The notes beneath the pieces were generated by a model that ran no database searches, was not told the origin of the DNA, and saw only the letters and a list, made by a program, of their open reading frames with translations. A program made the translations under genes and the position numbers. A stretch of 64,000 nt of DNA from Lama glama (lineage: Eukaryota). Below, one piece after another: positions 14,443-27,190 of this stretch. The DNA lies in NCBI GenBank assembly GCA_028534125.1, contig CM052817.1:51276001-51340000 (forward strand), given 5' to 3'. Within the stretch, counting starts at the first letter, position 1. Each line of letters opens with the position of its first letter.

Positions 14443-14623
14443 TAGGGGTGCCAGGTTTAACAAATAAGAGTATGAGGCATCCACTTATATTTGAATTTCT
14501 GATATACAAATATTTTTTGGTACAAGTATGTCTCAAATATTGCATAAGGCATACTTTTAGTAAGACATTGTTGTCCACCTGAAATTTAAATTTAACTGGC
14601 ATTCTGAATTATCTGACACTCCA
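14443..14623. mobile_element. MER53 palindromic MITE (non-autonomous DNA transposon)
   Basis: Starts TAGGGGTGCCAGGTTTAACAAATAA, central 'agtatgtctcaaatattgcataaggcatact', ends 'gaaatttaaatttaactggcattctgaattatctgacactcca'; arms are imperfect inverted repeats as in the MER53 consensus. Confidence 0.88.
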
Positions 14624-17600
14624 AGATAGACAATTGGCACAAACATTGGTAAGGAGTACTTCTCATTGTCCACAAATACTCAAAAAGAAAGAAACAGAAA
14701 CTTCAGGGGGAAAAAAGATGCTTTATTTATTTGTAATTGACATAAACAGTCCTTAAAAAGCAGAGATACCAAAAAGACCTTTTTTTTTTTTCCAATTAAA
14801 TTGTTAACTGAAATTAGTTCAGATCCTCAGGTATTAAATCTGAGAACTAATTAGGAATATTTCTCAGGAGTCTGACTGAACACAGGTTCCCCTTTAAAAA
14901 CTAACGATTCCCCAAAGTTCTGTGTAGCTCAATACCACACTGTATAAACACTAAACCACAAATCACATATAACTCATAGTATAGTGCTTATATTTTTTCT
15001 TATATGGTAAAAATATTAACTGGCACTTATGCTGTGTCTGTTAGAGGTTTAATCATGCCAGGGCCTATGTGGAAAACTCGTGGGAAAGGCCTTTTAGACG
15101 TGATTTGAACACATACAGAAGCACTAGGGAAATGAGATAAAGCTTTGTTCCTTTGGAGATGCAGATATAACTGAGTACACACTGGGATCTGAATTTGTGG
15201 ATTGGTCTAACTCTTTAATTTACAGGGGTGCTATGAAACCTCCTTCAAGAGGATTCTTCCTAGGAGCATAAGAAAAAAGGTGTGACAGGTGAAATCCAAC
15301 AAGGTAGCTTTCAAGAGATTTTTTAGCAATGCTTGCTGGCTGTTACCTTGTGCAAACTGACCTGAGCCATTTCCAACAGTGAGGATTATTAGAATTCTTG
15401 CTGAAAAATACTGTTAACCTTGAACACTAAGAAGTAAGTAAGGACCATATATGTACTCTCTATATTTCCTCAGTCCCTCCCCTTCTTCAATTATGTGGAA
15501 AGGAACAAAGTCATGGAAGTGAATTCTGCTACACATATGAACAGGCACAGAAAGAGCCGAACAACTTGTTCTGTAATCTAAACTCTCTGTCCTTTTAGGT
15601 ATTTTGAGTGTGCCTAGAATAAAAGTTTTGCTAGAGGCAGATACATTAACATTCTCCAGGCACAATACACCTGAACTTAGAGCCAGAGTCAGGCAGCAGC
15701 ATTCACCAACCAGCATTCGTACACAGAACTGGGCTGAATCCTAATTTAAGAGACTCATTCCAAAGAACTTCAGCCATCTACTTTTCATGCAAAGGACAAT
15801 AATTACAGCCAATTTATACATTTCAAATACCCATCTTTAAAGCTACAAAAATAATTTGTAACATCCATTATGCTAATTAGTAAAACTGCTTGGTCAGAGA
15901 TAAATATCAGTGAAGCTCCTTTGTAGCTCCTTCTGAAATGTGAGTTCCTGCCTAGTTTAAGGTAGTTCAAATTGTTAACCAATTACTAAAAATATATAGA
16001 TGAAAAATATGTGACACATATATTCTACCCAAGTACTTTAAAGCAAGTTGCAGTTATTATAACAGCCCTAAAGTGGGCAAACCACAAGGCCTGAAAAGCA
16101 AGCCAGTAACAACATGAGAAGGACCATTTACTGACTTTTTCAGACCAGTGCTCAGAGCCTCCATTTTGTAGATCTTGGAAGAAAACTATTCTACATAGAA
16201 GAGCAGAATAATGTTCTTTAATATAATAATGACAGGATCCTTTATACTTGGTGGAGCAGTACTGAGTGGAGGCAGCACTTGAGGGTCACGGGTACGGCAC
16301 AGCAGAACACTGTTCCTGCTGGGATGATCAACACAGGTATCATGGGGATTTCTGCATACATAATATCCCTTCAGATCTCAAATATGGAGGGAGTCTTTTG
16401 AATTAACAAGCATAAGAAATAAATCAGTCAAAGATGGGTTCTGTTGTTGATGTGACTTCTTTTATAGCCATAAGCAGCTTGAAAATTCTAATTACCCTTA
16501 CAAACAACTTTTGACCTGCCAGTAATTTGCTGATTATTTGTAGACTCTGAACAGAAAAAAAAAATTTTAATTATTATAATGCTCTCCATTTGAAAAGTAT
16601 GCATATATTTTTGAATACCATTTGCTCATAAGGCTCTTCAAAATGCTATAAGTAAGATAAAAAATTTTGATTGTTAATGGTTGCAATCAATTTAATCATG
16701 CAGATATAGTCCGTCTGATGCTCTCCATTTCTATACATATATTAATAACAAACTCAACATGTAAATTTACAAATAAATTAAATGTAATTATCTCCTAGAT
16801 AATTATTTTTAGATTTGATATATCTCTGCTAGCAGGAACATATTCCTAAGTGGTTCCTTGATTTAAAAACATACAGCATAGTTACCTTATTATATAACAT
16901 TTTTAAAGAATTACTCCTAACATGCCCATGTTTGTGTATGTGTGTTAGACGTAATAATTCTATACTGTATTGAGTTACATTTGAAAGAAAATTATTCTGA
17001 TGTGGAACCTAACCAAAGAAGACTAGATATTAAAGTTCCAAGATTATTTCATTTTGAGGTAACCTAAATTTAAAATTGTCCAATGCCCTATTCATGGAGT
17101 AGTGTCACAAGAGTCATTGTCACTGTAATACTATGGAGTTTAAAAAGAAACTACTATATCAGAATAAAACACTTCCCCTGAGTTGCTCCCAACTATGTAA
17201 TTTAGATTAAACAGAAGTGAGATTTCCTAGCAGATCTAGTCTTTACTATGTAACAAATCAATAGTATCACAAAATGCTAATGAACTAGCTATAATCAGGG
17301 TCTCTTCTATCTTTCTCTCCTAGGAAAAAAATGAAATTATAAAGACCAGTAGTTGACCACGTATGGAACAAACACACATACACCTGGTGTTGGCATCTGT
17401 ACAAAAAAATATTAATACCTGGGACTAGTAGAAAGCTATTCAATTTGAACCTAAGTTGACATGTTAATGAAGTCTTACTAATGAGACCAAATACACAGAG
17501 TGAAAGAAAAGGACATCAGCAAAGTATCTTAGATCAGGAGACTCTTTATATATAAACATTCCTAATCAACCTAGTATCTTTTAGGAAAAGGGGCATTTTA

Positions 17601-18769
17601 TTTTCCAGCTTGTTAAAGAAATGAGGTGATGCATCAGTAACCCTTCATTTAGATGCAGCTATTATTCCTCATGATCTGCCCGGAGATTTATTCCACAATT
17701 TACAATATGGAAATCGGTCAAAACTTAAATATACATTGCTGAGGCTTTTTTAAAGAAAAATAAGAATTAACTTTAATATAAATCTACTTTTGCAGAAAAT
17801 ACGCCAACTAATCAAAAATATTTTTACATTTTGCTTTTACACTACACAAAGATATGCCTTCAGGTAATCATTCTGAAAAGATAATTTTTAAGCTTGTCAA
17901 ACGACATTCATTATTTTTTATTTCTGTCGGCTAGAAATGGTTTAGAATGTTAAACACCTGCACTGCAGATAGTGTTAACTAAGTATTTGAAGGCAAATGA
18001 TAAAAAAGATTATCTCTCAATAGAGCACATTACCTAGTGAACAAGAGAAAGCAAAAGAACATTCAAGAGTAAGTGGTATTCAGTACTCTAATACCAGCAG
18101 TAAGAGAACATCAAATTTTAGTCTTAATAGCAAATTCTGTAGACATTCAACAGCCTTATCTTACAGTTCCATGTATATCATTGAATAAAGTGTCTCTGAT
18201 CAAGTATTCTGCAGGTAAACTTTCTGAATACGTCATTGAACATGCATCTCTATGCAATGAGAAAATTTATGCTGATGGAGATGTGATGTTTCTAATTAGA
18301 AAAAGAAAAAGCTCTTTAATCCCAAGGACATCATGTGTTTTTCCATTTATGGATGGACATTTTTAGCCTCCATTTTTCTTCTTTTAACAAGAGATTATTT
18401 TTTCTTCACATTTTCACCTGCAGTGCCAGTCACAAATTTCTATTTTTTGAAAATAGTAACCATGTCACATGCCATGTGAACTATATACTGAAATATAGTA
18501 AAAATAGCCTGAGTGCATTTTTAAGCACAATGATAATCTGGATTTTTAAAATGACAGAAGGATCCTTTACGTTCAGCTGTGATCTTGTGCACATGTCAGT
18601 GTAAAGACAGTCCCCAGGAAGCCAATGAGGTTTCTTGTGTGTTTTGTTTTGTTGCTATTTCAAACTTCCAGCACTTGGTCATCTGTTACCATATTCAAGA
18701 ATTAAAATATGAAATCTTCTGTGAATTGTTATTCTTTTTTTCAACTTTTTTTTGTCGTTTCTGCAACTG

Positions 18770-18920
18770 ACATGAATTCAATTCACACATACATTGAGAC
18801 ACTGGTATGTGTTAGACAGGGGTCTAGTTTACGGGGCACAAAAATGAAGAAACCAAGCTTGGCCTTCAAGGACCTCAAAGTGAAGCAGGAAAGACAGATG
18901 CATAATGTGTCCAAAATACC
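18770..18920 (-). mobile_element. L2 3'-end fragment
   Basis: 'attcaattcacacatacattgagacactggtatgtgttagacagg..ggccttcaaggacctcaaagt..ggaaagacaga' matches the reverse L2 3' end. Confidence 0.65.
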
Positions 18921-20058
18921 AAAATCATGAGAAAATTCCCTCTGGTAACACTTGGTGAGAGGGAATAATTTCCTTTTATGTTCCTTTATTTTTTTAACAT
19001 GATGCTACTTGTGTAGCCAGTTTGTCTCTAAAACCTGAAACCCCCTTTTGATCATCTGAAAACATACATAGTGAGATTTTGATTGCTTATTGGTTTACAG
19101 ATAGATCTACTTCTATAATGCTTATTTTCTAGTTCAAGACTAACAAGTATTTTAAGGCTAACCATGATTAGCTATTAATTTAACAGTTGTTACATTTGGG
19201 CAACAAGATAGTAAAGTCATACAGAAAGTGTTTCCAGTAACAGGAGATAAAAATCATCAGTATCAAGCCACATTGGCTTTATTTGTGGCTATTGCTTATA
19301 CAGGGAAATTTAAGTTATATTTAATGAATGGAAAAAGTTAATAGTCCAAATATAAATATGTAGGTATAAAAGTGTAGTTGTACATAAATTAAACTTTAAA
19401 ATATAAAACTATTGTATATCTTCATGAAATGTATTTGCCGTAATTTTTTTTAAAAAAAGGAAATATTGATAGATTTGAAACTCCATGTATTCTATTCATC
19501 TCATTCTTCTTTATTAATGCACTCTAGAGGTGGTCTCCACTGCCTGGAATATGGTGTTCATCATTTTCAGCAATTTCTCATATTTTATCTATATATGTAT
19601 TTATAGAGAAAATTTAGTATTAGTTGGCATGTTTTCTGTTATCATGTTTTATGAAAATAGAGTATCTTTCTTATTTTGACTCTGTTTTTGAGACTTACTC
19701 CTATAAGTTATGTCTGCCTGTTCATTCATTTTAAGAACTTTAATCCATTATATGAATGTACCACTATTTATGATATTTCAGTTAAATCATTCTGTTTGTG
19801 ACAAACTAAGTTTCAGTAAATGTTCTCTATATTCCCACTGTTCCCATGTGCTAGCGTTTACCTAGGGTGGTGGCTCCCAAGTGGTAAGAACAACTTTATT
19901 ATTACTTAACTGGGAAATACTCAGCAAAATTTTCTAGGATCCTCTCCAGAGGAGTCTGGGACCATTTTTTAACTTGAGCTACCCAGATGTCTTTTAAGTC
20001 CAAGGAAGCAAAGGAAATGCAGCTCACGGACATATTCCTACAAGTAGAATTACAGGTA

Positions 20059-20455
20059 TGTTTGCAAACTGGCCTCTATACATGGAGGACAATGGGAGAC
20101 CCAGGAAAGAGGCAGACTACTATAGATAGGCAGGTGGCAGGTTTAATAAGCAAGGGAACTTACATAGGAGCCTTGTCTTGGGCAGCCACAAGACAGATTT
20201 CTGGACCCCCTAGCCCTGGCCAGAATCTTTAAAGTTTATATACAGGTATTAATGGATTCAGTCATATATACTGTCCAGATGGTCTCAATAACACACTGTT
20301 CTCTCAAGTCTCATCCTCAAATATAGTTCCCACTGTGGGAACAGTGGGCAGAAGTACATTTCAAGGACAGGGATGGGAGTAAGGAGCTTATGATTGCCCT
20401 CGTCTAGCTCTTGAGTCAACCTGTGGTCATGTCCTCTCCATAACCTCCTCCAACA
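20059..20455 (-). mobile_element. Solo endogenous-retroviral LTR (family not assigned)
   Basis: TG...CA termini (TGTTTG..CAACA), ~397 bp, richer in GC than flanks, minus-strand poly-A-like signal (gtttaataag) and TATA-like 'tttatata'; flanks CAGGTA / CAGGGA. Confidence 0.75.
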
Positions 20456-20591
20456 CAGGGACTGTCTGCCAAGATGGTCATCTTCACATTTATTAGGTAA
20501 AATCAAATTTGCCTCCAAAGTGGTTGTGCAGTTATTGGTCCACAAAAAGTGCATGTGAGTCACAATTCTCCAGATCTTGGCAGCATCACTC

Positions 20592-20656
20592 TGTGTGTGT
20601 GTGTGTGTGTGAGTGAGAGAGAGAGAGACAGACAGAGACAGAGACAGAGAGAGAGA
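20592..20656. repeat. Compound (TG)n(AG)n/(AGAGAC)n microsatellite
   Basis: Directly visible. Confidence 0.95.
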
Positions 20657-20809
20657 ATTGGATACCCTGAAATAGTTTAGATTTGCATTACTATTATTTC
20701 TTTGGAGATTGGTCATTTTCTCATGTACTTTTTATGTTGAATGTTTATCTCATTTATTTTTACCTTTATTTTTAAGACATGCAGTCAGCTATAAGACATG
20801 CAGTCTCAA

Positions 20810-22280
20810 ATGCTGCCCATCATTCCATTAAGATTTAGATTCCAAAATACTGCTCTGCTCTCCAATACTACCTTTGCCATAAATTTTGGTAATTTTAATA
20901 TCACATAAATAATTCTTCCTATTGTCTGATTTCTCTCTCTCTCTCTCTCTCACTCTTCCCCCCACCTCTTTTTTCCCACCTCTCCCCTTCAATTAATATA
21001 CCCTGCATGCCATTTCAATCACCCTGTGATTATAGCTTACACCTTTGCATTGCCAATAGCTTCACTACTTTCCTTACAATGTCAAGTGTTTCGCTCTTAA
21101 ACTCTCATTTTCAATCTTTCAAATACATTCTTTACAGTAATTCTTCACTGGAACAGGTCTTATCACCCATTTATCCTTCCACTTTTTTTTTTCTATTACT
21201 CACTACCATCATGTCCTAATTTTACTTTTAACCTATTGCTAATGCCATGGCCCATGAATATAATCACTCTCAGGAAATTTCTTTGATCTTCTCTTCTCAC
21301 ATCGTACATTCACAATGCTGACCATTGTCAAATCTAATTCTCCAGTAACTCAAGCCTGTACCCAAAGAGCTGACAAAGTGCTGAAAATCTACAAGCAAGT
21401 TTACTGCTCTCTCCTTGTATCTATCACCACTAAAATCAGTTATTAGTCTTCCAGCCTTACTCCATTTGCTCTTCCACTCTCCCAGATAATTATCTGTAAC
21501 ATGTTTCCCTCTTCAAGCCTCCACCACATATGCACCAGTCTTCTTTCTGACATTACTACTTACTGATAATAAAACAATGAGAAAAGAACACCCCCATGCT
21601 CCAATCAGGCTTCATCCACATCCTTGCATCTGTGTCTACCTACCTTGTCTTTCCTCATGTTTGTCTGAATTACAGTATTTGTTCTTATTAAAATCAATTA
21701 CCCTACTTGGAAATGGTATCATAATCATCAGACCTACTCAAGGAAATAATTCCAGCAATTATTACCATTTTTTTCTAAATCTTCAGGATTTTTCCCCCAA
21801 CTATGGATCATTCCAACTAGAATTCATACCTGCTGTACAATATCTCTTCTTCAAAACAAACTTTAAGTATCTCGACCTTAAAATTTCCCAAACCAAACTC
21901 TTGAATTTCTTTCCCAAACCTGCTCTTCTGTAGTGTCGTCTTTGTCCAAATGCTAACTCCTTTCTTGCAGTTGCTCTTAGCAAAAACCTTGGAATAATAC
22001 TTGATCTATTCTTTACTTCACATCTCACATCCATTTCAGAAAATTTTATCAAACCAATCTTTCCAGTAAATATAAAATATAACCGTTTCTCAGCACCTTT
22101 AACTTCGCTTTCCTATTCGAAACTCCCACTATCTTCTCCCTGGAGTTTTCTTAACTGGAAAGCTGCTTACATTCCCACTGCTTCCCACCTACAGACTATT
22201 TTCAACAAATCAATTGGAGTGGTCTCTTTAAAATACAGATCAGAATATGTTATACCTATCTTACAGGGTCTGTAATGTTC
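20810..22280 (+). mobile_element. L2 LINE internal/3' fragment
   Basis: Pyrimidine-rich L2 motifs 'caaaccaaactcttgaatttc..ttcttgcagttgctcttagcaaaaaccttggaataatacttgatct..cacatccatttc..taaaatacagatcagaatatgtta'. Confidence 0.75.
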
Positions 22281-22869
22281 CACTGAGTTGAATAAACCAT
22301 CATTTATTTACTCATTCTATTAACATTGCGCTTTTAAGATATTTTCACTTTTTAAAATATCATGGCAAAGAGCACTGTCATGAATATGATTTTTATTTAA
22401 ATATGATTTATTTTGTTAGAAAATATTTCTAGAATTGGTATTAATGAGGTCAATCACTATCATGTTTTATCACTGCAAATAAATTGAACCTCTTCACAAT
22501 AAACCTTCACTCATACAAGTACCAATTTTAGTACACTCTTGCCAGCTTGGAACCTTGTAGTTTCTACTACATTGATCTAATTTAGGATAAATTAGTAGGT
22601 CAAAAATGTATATTGAATCTTAATTTTTTTTATATTTCTCAGATTGTGTTTTGTCTCTGCATACTAAGGTAATTTATATTTGTGGAATACTGTATTTTGC
22701 TTGTTTTTATTAAAGTATAGTTTACAATATTATATTAGTTTCAGGAGTTGAACGCTGTATTTTGAATTTAATTTTTGACATTGATTCTGCTGCTGCTGCT
22801 ACTGATAATGACTATCTTTCACAAACACTTTGAAGGGACTATAATTCTATCAAATTGAATTCTCCATCG

Positions 22870-25630
22870 ATTGTTTTAAGTAGTGTTTTATTTTAAACAT
22901 AGTGCACAGAGTTCCCATACATCCACCCCCAGTTTCCCCTGTTATTAACATCCTGCATTAGAATGGTACAGTTGTCACAATTAATAAACCAATACTGATA
23001 CATTATTATTAACTGAAGTCCATAGTTTATCCAGATTCTCTTAGTTTTTGCCTAGTATTCTTCATCTCTTCTGGGATTCCACCCAGGATATCACACCCTT
23101 TTTACTCATCATGTCTCCTTAGGCTCCTATTTGACTGTGATACTCTCTCAGGCTTTCCTTGTTTTGGTGAACTTAAAAATTTTAAGGAGTACTAGTCCCT
23201 CTGGGACATTTGGATTAGCCTGATGTTTTTCTAATGATTAGACTGAGGATATGTATTTTGGGAGGAAGATCAAAGAGATACAGTGCCATTTAATCACATA
23301 ATATCAAAGGTAGATTTGTACCAAAATAACTTATCACTGTTGATGTTAACCTTGATCACCTGGTTAAGGGAGTGTTTATCAGGTCCCTTGACTGTAAAGT
23401 TACCATAACCACTACCACTCCCTTTTTCATACTGTACGTTATAGAAGGAAGTCACTATGTGTAGCTAAGGATCTTATAGGCTACATATAGGCTAAGGATC
23501 TATGCTTCACTTAATTATCTAAATAAATTATTTGAAATTTTTCTGCACAAAATCTTTTTCTATTATTCTTCAGTTATTTATTTATTCAATCATATATTCA
23601 TTTAGCATGGACTTCTAGATACATATTTTTTAAATTTTGGATTATAAGCCAAATCTGCTTCATTTATTTTGTTATCAAATTTTTACAGCTTTGACTATTG
23701 GATCCCATGTCCCAATGACATATTCTTACCATTGTGGTGTATTTTCTTTGTTTTTTGTTTGAGCACTTCCTTAATTTCTGTTACTATATGATGTCATGGG
23801 CCCATCTTGTATACTTCCTAACCCAGTCCTAGATCAGCCATTTCTCCAAGGATCCCTCCCTTTATTAGTAGTATTCGAAACCAAGACCAGGGTGGTTAGT
23901 GTACTGGTTGCCACTAGGATTTCATCGCTTCTAGGCACTCTCAGCTGACAGAACAAGGCATTATATGTGTACATATTAACCTGTGTATATATGCATATCT
24001 TCAAGTATTTCTATATGTAACCATCTACATTCATAAGCTAAACATAAGTTCATACTGATGTCCCCAATTTTGATAGCTAGATCATATAGTAAACTATAGT
24101 GTTTAGCTTTGTGAGAAACTGTCAAACTGTCTTCCCAAGTGGCCTTACGATTTTGATTCATTCTAGCAATGAATCACAGTTCCTGCAGATTTGCATTCTC
24201 ACCAGCAATTGGTATTGTCCATTTTTGGATTTTAGACATAAGAGTAGATACGCAGTATAACTTTTTGTTGTTTTAATTTTGCAATTTTCTAATGATAAAT
24301 AATGTAATGCATTGTTTCATATGCTTATTTACCACCTATATATCTTTCTTGGTGAACAGTCTGTTCAGATCGTTTGCCCATTTTTTAAATTGGATTGATT
24401 GTTTTCTTGTTGTTGAATTTAAGGGAGTTCTGTATATTTTGAATGACAATCTTTTATCAGATATATGTTTTGCAAATATTTTCTCCAGGTCTATGGACAG
24501 TATTATCCTCTTTACAAGAGACTTTACAGAGCAGAAGTTTCTTAATATTTACCTACTTCTTTCTTCTATGAATTGTGGTTTTGGTGTCGTATCTAAAAAC
24601 TCATAACCAAACTCAATGTCACAGACGTTTTCTTCTAGGTATTTGTCTAGAACTTCTGTACTTTTAATTTTAGATTCAGATCTATGATTAATTTTTAGTT
24701 AATTTCTGTAAAAGGTAAAATGTCTTTGTCTAGCTTTTTTGTTAATTTGCATTTGGATGTCCAACTGTACAAGTACCATTAGTTGAAAAGACTATCCTTT
24801 CTCAATTGAATTCCCATTGCTCATTTGCCAAAAATCAGCTGACTATATTGTGTGGTTCAATTATTATTCTTTCATCTTTTCTATAATCTATTTGTCCATT
24901 TTTTCACATATAATATGCTATATTGATTACTGAAGCTTAAGAGTAAATAAGCCTTGAAGTTAGATAGTGTGAATCCTTCAACTTTGTTCTTCTTTTTCAG
25001 TATTGTGTTGGCTATTCTAAGACATACTTTTCTATATACATTTCAAAATTAGATTGCAAATATCTACAAAGTGTTTGTTTGAATTTTGACTGGAATTGTG
25101 ATGGACAAAAAGAAAAAATTAGGAAGAACTGACATCGTAACAGTATTAAGTCTTACAATCCACGAACATGGATTATCTCTCCATTTTTAAAAATCTTTTG
25201 TTTCTTCCATTTGAGGTTTCTACATATAAATCCTCCACATATTTTATTGGATTTACGCCAAAGTGTTTCACATTCTGGTGCTATTATTATAAATCACATC
25301 GTTTTCAAATGTCCAATATTTCATTGTTGGCATTAGGAGGCAACAGACATTTTTACATTAACATGGGATTCTATAACCTTTTTCTAGGCTTACTAGTTGT
25401 AAGATGTTCTATTTTGTCAATTCTTTGAGATCTTCTATATGAGCAATATGTCAACTGAAAAAAACTATATAGTTTTATTTATTCTTTTCCATACAAAGTG
25501 CATTTTATTTCCTTTCCTTGACTCACTGTCTCTGCTAGGACTGCCACAACAATGTTGGATAGGAGTGGTAAGAAAGGACGACCTTGCCTTGTTCCTGATC
25601 ATGGGGAAAACCATCCATTTTCTCAACATA
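22870..25630 (-). mobile_element. Ancient L1 (L1MC-like) long 3'UTR plus ORF2 3' remnant
   Basis: 'cagagttcccatacatccacccccagtttcccctgttattaacatc..aaccaatactgatacattattattaact' L1MC-type 3'UTR, then degenerate ORF2 (25465-25668 minus: ..FPMIRNKARSSFLTTPIQHC..). Confidence 0.8.
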
Positions 25631-25679
25631 GAAATTGTTTTCTTGTGTATTTGTAATATTCTTTGCAAGAGACAGGAAG

Positions 25680-26200
25680 GCTAAAGAAGGCTGGAGAGCA
25701 GAGAAATGCCCTTTCTCTGTTAAAGTCTATTTTCCCTCAAGAAGAGGTCTTTTTATGTAGAATGCACTGGACATATTTAACAATTACTCATCCCCCTCCC
25801 TGCAGAGAGTCACGAAAGCGTTCGTGGATTTTCATTATGATTGCTACTTGAGATTTTTAGAGGTAAAAGCCATGTCTGTGGACCCTTTAAATTTGAGGCC
25901 CCCAGGAGTTTCTCACTCTCATGCTAGTACATACTCAGGCTCCAGAAATTAATAAAAAATTGTCATTCAAGTATTCCCACCAGTTTCTGGCTCCAGGGGG
26001 TTCTGTTGCTAGTAAGTAGGTCTCAGCTATGACTCTGGTTTCAATGCTCATCTGACTCAGGCTGATGATTCACTCTGTAACTTTAGTTCTCTGACAGATC
26101 CAAGAAATGTTGCTAATTTTTCACTTTGTTCAGTTTTTTCTTTTTGTAAGAATAGAAGTGATAACTTCCAAGTTCTTTACATATTGGAGCTGACATCAGA
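25680..26200 (-). mobile_element. Ancient L1 5'-end (L1M4/L1MC-like 5'UTR)
   Basis: 'tttgttcagttttttctttttgtaagaatagaagtgataacttccaagttctttacatattggagctgacatcaga' resembles the reverse-complemented 5' terminus of L1M4/L1MC-type elements. Confidence 0.6.
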
Positions 26201-26214
26201 TATTTTCAACAATG

Positions 26215-26590
26215 TCTGGATTCTGGAGTCAAATCATCTGGATTCAAGTTCAAGCTTTTCCCTCTTCTCCCCACCCTTTCACTTTCCTTCTCTTTTTTTT
26301 CTCTCTCCCTCTCTCTTTCCCTCTTTCCTCCACATACCCCAAATCTCATTCTCTTCATCTGGTAAAGTGGAGATGAAAAATAACAACTCTTCTCCCTACC
26401 TCACAGTTAGGATTATATTATTCAAGTACCAAAATACTACTAATTTGTTAACAATTATAGCATTTTACAAAGTGACTAATAAAAATATTATGATAGCTAC
26501 TATTTATTAAGCATCTCCTATAATCAGACAATGTAATAACTGAATCACAAGCATTATCTCATTTAATTGTCACAAAATCCTTGTGTATTA
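26215..26590. mobile_element. Tail-to-tail MIR fragments (+ 26215-26460 with CT-rich insert; - 26480-26590)
   Basis: 'ctggagtcaaatcatctggattcaagttc..ctcttcatctggtaaagtggagatg..cctacctcacagtt' then 'tagctactatttattaagcatctcctataa..cattatctcatttaattgtcacaa'. Confidence 0.65.
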
Positions 26591-26899
26591 ATGTGCGAGT
26601 CCTCAAGATGTGTTGCAAAGGTTCAGGTCCCTCACACATATCCAATTCTTTGAGATCTTCTATAAAACTAAGCACATTATTCCAACCCCTGGGGTGCTGT
26701 TCAAATTTATACTATAGCATTGGTCTTTGAATCTAATAAACAGCTACAGTTAATTTATCCAAATAAATATTGAGAAAACATCTTAGCAAAAATAAGGAAC
26801 AAGATGATATCGTTCCCTATTCCAGTATTTTCAGGGTAGTGGTCAGAAGGCTGAATTTACACTAAAGATGTCATTTCTTTCTTTTCCCTTCTTCATTTC

Positions 26900-27190
26900 T
26901 TTTTTATTCTTCTACAATTTTTTCATTTGTGCCCAGCATTTGAAAATTAAAAGAACTCTCAATATATTTGGATCAATGTCCAAATCTTGTTTTCTCTTGA
27001 AAAGTTAGAGGATCTGGCAAATCTGGATCTACATTACTTTCTAGCAAAAATCAGTTGAAAATTATGTGTGGCTGCTCTCTAGGCAGGTCATTTGCACTTC
27101 AATTCACCACAGTCCTTACCATTTCCTATATTAACACACAAATTTCCCTCAATATGTTGGTTTACTTTCCTATTCCAGGTAAACAAGAGA
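26900..27190 (+). mobile_element. MER102-like hAT-Charlie DNA transposon fragment
   Basis: 'gaggatctggcaaatctgg..tggctgctctctaggcagg..caattcaccacagtccttaccatttcctat' resembles the recalled MER102 consensus. Confidence 0.55.

Larger units (their letters stand above)
19450..20770 (-). mobile_element. Ancient L1 (L1ME-like) 3' region, interrupted by an LTR and a microsatellite
   Basis: 'gttcattcattttaa..tccattatatgaatgtaccacta', 'caaatttgcctccaaagtggttgtgcagtta' and 'tttgcattactattatttc' are degenerate L1 3' motifs on both sides of the LTR. Confidence 0.6.

Noticed and set aside
16248..16351. Possible 104-bp minus-strand exon in a GC-richer patch
   Set aside because: Weak donor (CAA|GTATAA), no polypyrimidine tract at the acceptor, and no recognisable translation in the open frames.
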